Positions 51,511 through 62,093 of a stretch of 64,000 nt of DNA are shown piece by piece. The DNA is from Lama glama (lineage: Eukaryota). The DNA is taken from assembly GCA_028534125.1 (NCBI GenBank), contig CM052816.1:94118001-94182000 (forward strand). Direction: 5' to 3'. Every line of letters starts with the position of its first letter. The stretch's first letter is position 1. Made by a program: the position numbers and the translations under genes. Below the pieces are notes generated by a model, which did not search any database, was not told where the DNA came from, and worked only from the letters and a program-made list of their open reading frames with translations.

Positions 51511-52334
51511 GACTACACGTCAGAGAAAGACAAGAGTTAGCTCAGCAGAAAAAACTAGTGACTTGTTTAACCAGGAAATTCAGAGAAGAAGCAATGCAAT
51601 GACTAAAGTAGAAAGTGATTCCTAACTTCATTAGAGTAATTTAAAATAAAAATAATATGGTAGTACATCCTGACATAAAATTGTCAAATATTAAAATGCT
51701 GAGAATAGGAAGCATCTCTGAGAATATTTGGAAATGAATATTAGCAGGCACCACAAAGATATCAGACCATAAAGATAAATAACTATTTTAGAGGTCAATT
51801 TAACAGAGTCTGCAAAATTAAAAGCCACATAATTTGTAACCCAGAAAAAATTGCTTCTAGAAATTTACCACGGTAAAAATGTGTACCTGTGCCTGAAGAG
51901 ACACACACAGAGATTCTTACAGCAGATTTATGTGTAAGAGTGGAAGCCACCCATATACCTGTCAGTAAGAGAATGCCAAATACAATGTTAATTCCATGTT
52001 GTGGACTCTTATTTCCAAAATTTTAGAATGTAAAGTCATGGAAATTTTTCCAATTTCAATAATAAATGAATAAAGGTATTACTGCATTCATTAAACTATG
52101 CTGTATATTTCCAAAAGATACGGAATAGACAGGATACAAAAACCTGGAAGCTCTCCAAGCTAACATCCATCCCAACTGGGGCAGCAGGAATGGCCCTGGC
52201 TGAAAGGCATGTAAGTTGGAGCTAAATCATTCTAGGTCTCCTTTTATGAATAATTAGTTATGCTTTATTCCTCTAAAAGGTAGCAATTATTTCATGTATC
52301 AAATAAGGATTGGATGTTTCAATAATAAACACAA

Positions 52335-52565
52335 TGAAAATATTTATTAAGAAATTTCTTATTTGTCAGACTCTTTTTTACATAATTTAGAAGATGGGCC
52401 TTATTTTAAAACAATCTTATCAAGGAGCTATCCTTCTTGTACAGTTAAAGACAAGGAGGGAGAGAGATGATAGACAAATGGCCCAAGGTCATATTCCTGG
52501 CAAGTGGCAGAGCCCGGATTCCAGATTATTCAGTCTGTCTCCAGAATTCTGTTTTTGCCCTCGAG
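52335..52565 (-). mobile_element. MIR
   Basis: ttgtacagttaaagacaaggagg...tggcccaaggtcata...caagtggcagagcccggattcc. Confidence 0.7.
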
Positions 52566-52937
52566 AGTATTCCATAAGGCGCATTAAAATAATGCTGTGA
52601 TACAGATAGTCATTGAGTTTATTTCATTTTAACAAATTAAGGAACACAACAACACATTAGTAAAGAATAATAGTTAACTGACCATTGGGTGATGATAATT
52701 TTATAGGTGAATTTTCCTGAGTTGATGAATATGATGGAGCAATTTTACTTGCAAACTGTGCAGAGCACACCATTATCCGGTTAAATTGAGCAAACACTTT
52801 CGCACGTTATGAATTTCTAGTTTACAAAAATAAACAATTCATTTCCACTCTCGTGAAACTTGCATGGTAACAGAAGCCCCATCTGCATATACCCAGCAGT
52901 TAGCAATCATTATTTAATATTTTTAGATAGTCATTAA

Positions 52938-53397
52938 TTATCGCTTATTTATGTCCCCTCCCCCAAAGGATATCTTAAAATTCTAATCCCAAGTACCTCA
53001 GAATGAAACCTTGTTTGAGGAAGGGGCCCTAGCAGACATAATCAGCTAAATTAAGATGAGTTCATACTGGTTAGAGTGGGCCCTTTATCCAATATGGTGC
53101 CCTTACAAGAGGGAAATTTAGAGAACGCTTTGTGAGAGCACACACACACACACAGGAGAGGAGCCTGTGAAGACGGAAGCAGTGATTTGAGTCATGCTGC
53201 CGAGATCAAGGAATGCAGATTACCAAAAGCTGGAAGATGCAAGAAACAATCTTCCCCTAAAGGCTACGGATGGAGCCTGGATCAGTCAACACCTTGAGTA
53301 GAATTTGCATCCTCTGGAGCTTTGAAAGAATAAATTTGTGTTGTTTTTAAGCCACCCAGTTTGTGACACTTTTTGACAGCCCTAGGAAAGTAATATT
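52938..53397 (+). mobile_element. MLT1B/C-like MaLR solo LTR
   Basis: ctaatcccaagtacctcagaatg, taagatgagttcatactgg, tgtgaagacggaagcag, aataaatttgtgttgtttttaagccacccagtttgtg...cagccctaggaaagtaata. Confidence 0.9.
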
Positions 53398-54342
53398 CAA
53401 TATGAAATCATTCATCACTGAATTATTATAACTAGAATATTCCTTCTTTAAAAATCAGATTTCCAGAATCATATTGGAAAGTGTCATTTCTTGACTGAAT
53501 CAACAGATTATAACTTGTTAAAGAAATTTTCTTTGTAGGATGGAATCAACACATACGTCACAACCCTCTTAATTGTAGAGACATTATATCAGGTAGTTTA
53601 TGGTCTGATGTCTGAACCACTGGCAAGCAAGTTCATAAAGCTTCTTGCAAAGTGGTCAAAGATGATACACAGTGTATTTCTCTCCATCAGCAATAGTAAG
53701 TGGCTGACCATGTACTGGTCCTCCTGTTTCCTCCAAGCATTAAAGTGGTTTTCTAGGATCCCTGTGAACCTGTAAAGATACAAACAAGGAATAGCAGAAA
53801 ACTGATGGCTTATTGCCTCTCCGTAGAAAGGACGAATAGAGTTATTCGGTGTACTTTGAAGAACTAATCAAAAAAACATGAAATAATTTGGTGTATATTT
53901 GGGCTGCCACCATGGTGATAATTATAAGAACAAGTATGCTCTTTGTCCAATAATTGCAATTAAAATATCAGAGCCTTCAACGTCTTCTCCCTTGGAAATA
54001 TGTAGTAGAGATATGAAAAACAGTAACAAGTTGTTTCTAAGGGCAGTAACCACATGAAAAATTCAAAGCTTCCTTTATATAGACCATTCCTAAGCCTAAA
54101 CCAAAACATTTCACTTAGATTTCAAGCTAGTGGCTTGGCATCCCCAGTCCACAGCATCTTTTAAATACTGCACTGGTATAGATAAAACTCTTCAACAGCT
54201 GACCCAGTGTATTTAAAAGCCCAACAATAATTGATTGTCTGTGATACATATGAAAGCTTTACATTCTTGTATTCCTGTCTGCACAAAAGCAGTGTCACCT
54301 TGCAATACATTAACTTGGACATAGGCAATGACATTCTAGCCT

Positions 54343-54430
54343 TTTTTAGAAGGTTTTAAAAAACACTCTAAATATACACAAAAAGATTTTTAAAAGGTTT
54401 AAGAAAACACTCTAAATATACACAAAAAGA
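54343..54430. repeat. 44-bp tandem duplication (2 copies, 3 mismatches)
   Basis: tttttagaaggttttaaaaaacactctaaatatacacaaaaaga followed by tttttaaaaggtttaagaaaacactctaaatatacacaaaaaga. Confidence 0.92.
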
Positions 54431-55184
54431 ATTAAATTGTCTAACATATAACCCTTGTAATAAGCAACTATCCAAATAGCTCTGACCAAAATTGATTGAA
54501 ATGCACTGTCTAGCCTTGCATTTTTATGAGAATACACGTAATGGGCTCATGATCAGAGATTTATAAGTAAGAAAATACTGTCTGACCAAAGATCTGACTT
54601 ACCACTGTCCCGTGAAAAGATGAACTGTACTCTGTGATTTTAGATAATGATGATCTGAGAAAAAATACTAAGACAAATGGAATACTTTAAATGGATGATC
54701 ATTACAATATCATTTTACAATCTTCAATTGTGAGGACATGTTTGATGTTTAGATTCCTGGTTAGCTCATCTTGGACTTTAATTTATTGGCAGTCAAATGG
54801 CTGGTAGATAATAAGTAAGGACTAGAGAAAGATCTCCAGGTTTTTAAGTGACTGTGTTTAATTCTACAGAAAAAAATCTCATTTTAGATAAAGAAATATT
54901 ATAGCAAAAAGCACCAAGCCTTATGTTAATAATTTATTGATGTGTAGAAATATTGCTAGATTTTGAACAAGAGGATTAATTAAACTGAGGCTTAGAAAAC
55001 CAAATTATTGGTCTGTTGGCAAATATCTGTGTGTGCATGTGTGAGACAGAATTCCATTGTCTGCTCATTTTAACTACTCAACTAAAAAATTAATGTAGGT
55101 TTATAATTTCCTCTAAAAGTGATCACACTAGTTGATGTGTGGCTGGATAATGAAATCTAAGAACTGGGTACTGGGAGACTAATT

Positions 55185-55390
55185 AGGAGCCAGCTATCAT
55201 TATATATAGACCAAGAGCAGTGGGTTGGACCAGGATGTTGGTGGTGATATCAGTAAGTGAGAAGAAGTGAAACACACTGGGAGGAAGAATCAAAAGAGAT
55301 TGATGGTCAACGGGGGAGACAGAAGAGCCAAGATGGACGTCTAGATTTCTGGCTAGTGCAAGCAGATGGACAGTGAAATGAAGGGCACTG
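55185..55390 (-). mobile_element. L2 fragment
   Basis: gagccaagatggacgtctagatttctggct...gatggacagtg. Confidence 0.6.
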
Positions 55391-55419
55391 AAAATGCGAA
55401 TCACAACTCTTACATGTAC

Positions 55420-56400
55420 AGTTCTTGACCTTCGCTTATAACAAGAGAAATGCAAATTAACATTTGCATGAGTTACCCCATCAATACCAGTATCCGACAC
55501 TTAACCACGCAGTGAGGGCGAGGAAGAGGAAACGCTAATCTACAGACAGTGAAAATATTAACTGATAAAACCTCCCCAAGGAGCAATCTGACGACACTCA
55601 GTAAAGTTGAAGATGCAAGTAAATACCCCCCTCTAGACAAAGCGACCCAGCAGTGCGTCCCAGAGAAACACATCTGCCCCAGCAGACACGTCCAAGCATC
55701 TTCACTACCGCTCTGCTTGTTATGGCAAAGCAGGGAACGTGCATAATTCCTTCTCAGGAATTACAGTCACTACAATTTTTTGGAACAGTGGAATATTCTA
55801 TAGTAGCAAATAGGAATAGACTTGACCTATATGTACCAGCAAGGATAAATAACTAAAATGTGATGGTACATTTAAAAATTGCAAAAGGATATATACCTTA
55901 GCTTCCTGTACATGTAAACTTTAAAAGAAAAAACAATACTATAAAGCCTAAATAGTAATACACTGACAGGCATAAGTAGAATAGAGAAATAAGATTATAC
56001 TGTATAGCACAGGGAAATATATACAAGATCTTGTGGTAGCTCATAGCGAAAAAAAAAGTGACAATGAATAATATGTATGTTCATGTACAACTGAAAAATT
56101 CTGCTGTACACTGGAATTTGACACAACATTGTAAAATCACTATAACTCAATAAAAAATGTTTAAAAAACAAAAAAAATAGTAATACAAATTACAAAACAT
56201 AGCTAGGAACAATTAGCACCATTTCACGGCAGTAATCACCATTAGGGAAGAAAGACATGAGGAGCTTTTATGTACAAAACACATATAATGCAAAACACAC
56301 CAAAGAGTTCAAGATAGTAACTTCTGGATAGCGAAATTATAAGTGAATTTCATTTCTTTGATTATATTTTCTATATTTTTTATGTTTTAATGAGAAATAA
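55420..56400 (+). mobile_element. Ancient L1ME-like 3' region
   Basis: agagaaatgcaaattaa, cagtggaatattctatagtagc, gaaattataagtgaatttcatt. Interrupted by a young L1. Confidence 0.6.
55963..56174 (+). mobile_element. Young camelid L1 3' fragment with perfect 13-bp TSD
   Basis: gattatactgtatagcacagggaaatatatacaagatcttgtggtagctc...tataactcaataaa plus an A-tail. TSD AAATAGTAATACA at 55950-55962 and 56175-56187. Confidence 0.93.
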
Positions 56401-58504
56401 TTTTAATAATTAGTTCATGCATTCACTAAAAAATTAAAACTATTTTTATTAGACCATGACTATTGCTGTCCCGTACTACACTTAAATTATTTAAATACGG
56501 TGTTTTCAAAAATGAGATAGAGTTTCAAGAAATACACTTACTTCAGCATCAGTGTAAACAATGCCACGAATGCTCGTACTCCCCACTAAGCATCCGGAAG
56601 CCCTGCAGTGACAAGGAGATCAGTGATGTATTGTTGACATATTGTTGTCACAGCCTCACTTGTTTCCGTCCGCCTCCCAACAGCTCTACACAAATAAACA
56701 TGAGCAATAGTTACTCGGCTTTGGTCAACGCTGAATTCCAAACCTACAATGTATCATTATAACACAGTTTAGAAAATCTAAGGCAGGAAACTGTGACGTA
56801 CCTAAAGTCAGATACAAGAGGTCAAGTTTTGTAATGCCTTATGTTTTTAGGAAAATGTTGCCATGTAAAACAAACCTGGGTTTTCACTCCAACTCTGATC
56901 CTCCTCCAAGGTGCAACTCTGCAAAAGCCACTTAAGCTTAACGAGGTGCAATTTTCTCAGCTCGGATACTGGCTGCATCTCTGCAGTGTCTGTATGTTCC
57001 ATGTACATTTTTGGTCTCATTTAATTCCTAAGCAACTCTTAGAGGAGATATTTTTGCCACCTTGTGATACACAGGGAAACGTACATTTACCAGCCAATAC
57101 TTCAACCCAGGTTTTCTGACCACCTGCTTCCCTTTCTTATGATCAAGACAAAGCACTTAGTCTGTTGAATGCATTAGCATTGGCATATGTAAGCTCTGTG
57201 TAAAGAAAATAAAAGGCATTTTCAAAAACGATAACTTGAAAGCATACTACACTTATTAGCTTGTCAATATTAACAAGCTATTAAATCAGACATAATCTAC
57301 TGAAAGCCAGAGAAAGTCAGCCAAATCATAGCCAAAACATTCTGCAATGAGCCAGGAGTCTTCACTAGCCTTTCACGGGAGCTCTGGAAATAAAAACAGT
57401 GTTTTGGGGTCAAAATTATTCCTTTAGTACCATCCAATTTGTCTGGCTCAATTCTTCATCATTTTCCCTTCTTTAATCTTTTTCCTCTATAAATGTTTGG
57501 ACACGTGGCTGGTAGAAGAATTACACTTAGGAAATAAAAGACTCGATAACTGTAAATCCTTTTGCCCTAGAATAAGCCTAGAATCATAAGACTTGCTCTG
57601 GGTCACACTTACAAATAAGAAGATCAAAGTGTACGTGTGCATAAGTGCTGAGGCGTGAGTACTGAAGCTGAGTCAAGGACGCGATGTGTAATTATGCTGA
57701 ACAGCAAACAAAACACTAAGGGAAAACCCAAATGACTCAGTGCGTTCTGTTCTTACGGATTATGTTATCATAAGGTTGTCTTTGTAAGTATATGCCCTTA
57801 GCACCTGTAAAATTATATACCTTCCAAAATCACCACAGCTTAATTCATGTTTGTATTTTGACTACCTTTTACCTTATATTTTCCCTCCAAGAATCTTTGA
57901 ATTTCTGAAAATAAGATCAATACTGGTCTCTGTGAAACGGATCTTCATCATTTACGGGTTGTTTTGATAATTCCTAAGCAAACAAATTCTGCTCTCGTGT
58001 AGCCATAGTGATAAATTTCATTGTCTCAGAAAATATTGGTAATTTAAGTTCTCTGCACTCTGAAGTTCCTTATTGATTTTACTTAACCCTCAGGATCCAA
58101 TTTCAAATAAAGCTTTCTTTGCTTATAACTGCGACACAGAATTTGGAAGTAGAGGAATCAAGGTAGCAGGTACCCAAATATTATTTCATTTTCTATTTGT
58201 CATTTCTTTCTTAATTCTCTTATCTAGTCTTTCTCTGGGGGCAGGAATGGGGCTCTCGGTGCTATTTTAAGGATCTTTGAGAAATTAGAACTAAACTAGG
58301 TCATCCATCCTGACCCTGAGTTGCAATTCTGATTTCTCTGGGCTTGGGTAGTTCTCAAGAAGATTGAAAGTCTAAGAAAAGTGAGCACATTTGGGGCTCT
58401 CAGGACTGAAGTTATTACGAGGTGAGGGGAGTCCTTAGTGATTCCTCTTTACACTGAAATTTATTCTTTGAATTCAGAATCGCACTTTTCCCATGATGCA
58501 TTTT

Positions 58505-59350
58505 ATTCCTGTTTATTTAAGAAACACTATGTAGGCACTGTTCTAAGTGCTTTACGTAAAAGAACAAACTTGGTTATCACACTGTTAAGGTAAATACTAT
58601 TATATCCCCATTGTACAGATTAAAACTGTAAGGAGCAGAGAGGTTGGATAATTGCCTCCCCATTTGTACAATGCGTTAGAACAAAGTCTGTGGGTTTGTC
58701 ACAAGTTGTGGGTTCTGGCCAGCAGAAGTCCCACCGAGATGGAATGAATTACTCAAGACTCTGGGGAAAAGTCAAGAGAGCGAGAGGGAGTCAGGAGCCA
58801 ACTTCCTGAGCCTCTCAAATGCTCCCATATTTATTGTGTACAGTCAAAGGAGGAAAGCAGGAATTTAGGGAAGGACAGGGTGGGATTACAATGAGTACAA
58901 AGGCTTTGCTTATTTTTGGCGTTTGGCTCAAGGTCAGAAGACCCTTTTTGGTGAATCATGTTCGTGTTGAGCCTTTCAGCTTAGCAGGGCGGAACGCAGG
59001 AGAATCAGCTGCTCAGGCTGTGCCTGTCTCAGGTTGCCCCCCTCAGGGGGTCTCACCCGTCACTGGCTAACCAGCCTCCTCGCCTCTGAGTCTGCAGCTT
59101 TTTATAACTCGTTTACCATTCCAGCCCAAGGCTGTTTTGGGCAGAGAAGGCTATCTAACAGCAGGCACGCCCAGCGTTGATAGCCCAGGGCCTGGGTCCT
59201 TGCTAAAACCTCAACTATGCAAGCAAGGCGGTTACTAAGCACGTCTTCTTTAAGGAGATAAGCGGCTGGGGTCTGTTACAATGTGTTAACCCAATCATGG
59301 GCTCCCACAGAAGTCCAGGCAGTTCGCCTTTAGAACTCCTGCCCGTGACT
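58505..59350 (-). mobile_element. MIR split by an LTR insertion (58505-58670 and about 59285-59350)
   Basis: actatgtaggcactgttctaagtgcttta...ccccattgtacagat...gcagagaggtt before the LTR, and ccaggcagttcgcctttaga after it. Confidence 0.72.
58674..59280 (-). mobile_element. Relatively young ERV solo LTR
   Basis: About 607-bp GC- and CpG-retaining block. Minus strand begins TGTAACAGACCCC and has AATAAA (plus-strand tttatt near 58830). It interrupts a MIR and has similar flanks acaatgc/acaatgt. Confidence 0.75.
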
Positions 59351-59849
59351 ACTTTCGATGCCAAAATAAGGTAGGAACTTCCTTGAGCTTTTGGTGCACA
59401 GTATTGCCTACTGTACTGGAATGACCTAAACGAAAATTACTTTCCATGTTTTAAGAATTTTAAAACCTCAGTTAATGCTGTCCCATTTACAAAACGCATC
59501 ATTTCTTACCCACTGAAATGATGGCCATCCACCTCCCCATCTTTCGGTGCCTGGGCTGCGATCGGGACATGGGAGACAATGATGCGACGGGAAGGAACCA
59601 CTCCCTATTTATGTCTGCTGCCCAGGAGTAGTTCTGTCCTGCCCATCGCAGCTCACTCTCGTTTGAAGACAATTTCAAACGCCAGTGCTGGGTCCCTTCT
59701 CAACTCAGAAAAGTGACTGCTTCTTCCTAACAAGAGCCAGTAGCACACCTAGCCTCGCCCTTCATTGCTATTCTTAGCCCTGGTCCTGGCGAAGACCGTG
59801 AGCTGTACAGAGGAGGCTCTGCTTTGAAACCCTTTCACCCTGACCCGCA

Positions 59850-60455
59850 ACTCCTCAGGAAACGCAATACTCTCAACAGGGTCCTCTTTTTCCTCGCCAT
59901 CCCATCTGACCTTTCTGCCAGGACCTCTCTTTTACGAGCATGATCTCAACTAATCCAAGAAACTAATGTCACGAATGTGTCAATAGTCATGGGACTTACA
60001 CCCCTTCCGATCCAAACAGCGCCTTCCTTCTGACCTTCTCGTGTCTCATGACGTTATTACCACCCAAAGACAGAGCATCCTGAACCCCTTTGAGGGACTG
60101 GTCCTTCCTCTTGACATATACTAGGTGGCTGATTCATGAAGAATGTTCATTTAAAATCTCTCTCAACTCTATTTCCAGATTTTACTAGGTCTCTCCTGCA
60201 CTATTAATTTTCACTGACTTGTTTCAAGGCCTTCTATCCTTATCCAGTTATTTAATTTTTTAACAAATATTTTTGAGGCCTACTCTGCACTTACAGCTAA
60301 ACAAAGTTCTGGTAAAACAGTCATACAATGCATTGTGTCTCTCAATAATTTGATTGCTTAATTGTGTGTGTGTGTGTGTGTGTGTGTGTCCGTCCTTCAC
60401 ACTGCTGCCACACTAACCTGCCTGAAACATAGGTTTATTATATCCCCCTGCTTGA
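59850..60455 (+). mobile_element. L2 relics; (TG)n at 60363-60389
   Basis: ccacccaaagacagagcatcctg, ccttcacactgctgcca...atatccccctgcttgaaa are L2-like. The TG run is seen directly. Confidence 0.45.
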
Positions 60456-60461
60456 AATGTT

Positions 60462-61593
60462 AACCCACACATACGTAGTCAAATAATCTTTGACAATAGG
60501 TGCCAGGAATACACAATGCGGGAAGGATAACCTCTTCCCAGTGATGCTGGAAAAACTGGACACCCTCAGACAAAAGAACGGAAGTGGATCCCTAGCCAAC
60601 ACCGTACACAATAATCAACTCAAAATGGATTAAAGACGTCAACTTGAAAGCATAAAACTCCTCAAAGAAACCAAAGGGGGAAAACTCCTTGACATTGGAG
60701 TTAGCAAAAGCGTCAGCTAGGAAAGACAAAGGTGATTGTATTAAACTCGAAACTTCCTGCACAGCAAAGGAAATAATGAACAGAGTGACAAGCGATCTAC
60801 AAGACTGGAGAAAACTTTAACCAGCACCACACCCTGATTGGGGATGGTAACTAAAATACACAAGGAACTCACAGTACAACCCAATTGCAAAAACAACCTG
60901 ATTTAAAAATGAACAGAATGATACAAATAGACATTTTTTCCAAAAAAAGACATGCAAATGGTCAACAGGTACATGAAAAAATGCTCAAACCACTAACCAA
61001 CAGGGAAATGCAAATCAAAACAAAGATATATCACCTCGTCCCTGTTAGAACAGCCGCTATCAGAAAGTCAGAAGGTGAAAGTGTGGGTGAGGGTGTGGAG
61101 AAAAGGTAATGCTTCTGTGCTGCTGGTGGGAAGGTAAACTGATGCAGCTAGTATGGAAAATAGCATGGAGGTTTCTCGAAAGACTAAAGGTAGAAGCCCC
61201 GTGTGATTCAGCAGCCCCACTTCTGGGCATATATTCAAAGAATATAAAAACCATTAGATCAGAGAGGTAACTGCGCCCCATGTCCACTGCCGCGTTAGTC
61301 ATGGTAGCCAACATATGGAAACAACCTGAGCTTGAATGATTGCATTAAATGAATGGATTAAAATGAATGATTAAATGAATCACTCAATGAATGTATTAAA
61401 AATTTGATACATATTAATTATATATATATATAAAAATATATATATATATAATGTAATATTATTAAGCCATAAAAAGGAAGGAAATCCTGCCGTTTACAAC
61501 GACATGGATGGGGACATTATGTTGTGTGAAATAAGCAAGACACAGAAAGATAAAAACCACATGCTCACTTACATGTAGAATCTAAAAAAAAAA
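60462..61593 (+). mobile_element. L1 (L1MA9/L1_Art-like) ORF2 3' portion, decayed, running into a gap
   Basis: aacccacacata...aataatctttgacaa, aactcaaaatggattaaagac, cagggaaatgcaaatcaaaac, ataagcaagacacagaaagataaa. The ORF 60885-61109 fragments resemble L1 ORF2. Confidence 0.93.
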
Positions 61594-62093
61594 NNNNNNN
61601 NNNNNNNNNNNNNNNNNNNNNNNNNNNNNNNNNNNNNNNNNNNNNNNNNNNNNNNNNNNNNNNNNNNNNNNNNNNNNNNNNNNNNNNNNNNNNNNNNNNN
61701 NNNNNNNNNNNNNNNNNNNNNNNNNNNNNNNNNNNNNNNNNNNNNNNNNNNNNNNNNNNNNNNNNNNNNNNNNNNNNNNNNNNNNNNNNNNNNNNNNNNN
61801 NNNNNNNNNNNNNNNNNNNNNNNNNNNNNNNNNNNNNNNNNNNNNNNNNNNNNNNNNNNNNNNNNNNNNNNNNNNNNNNNNNNNNNNNNNNNNNNNNNNN
61901 NNNNNNNNNNNNNNNNNNNNNNNNNNNNNNNNNNNNNNNNNNNNNNNNNNNNNNNNNNNNNNNNNNNNNNNNNNNNNNNNNNNNNNNNNNNNNNNNNNNN
62001 NNNNNNNNNNNNNNNNNNNNNNNNNNNNNNNNNNNNNNNNNNNNNNNNNNNNNNNNNNNNNNNNNNNNNNNNNNNNNNNNNNNNNNNNNNNNN
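61594..62093. other. Assembly gap (500 N)
   Basis: Exactly 500 N. Confidence 0.99.

Noticed and set aside
60885..61314. ORFs of 74 and 84 aa
   Set aside because: Sense and antisense frames of decayed L1 ORF2.
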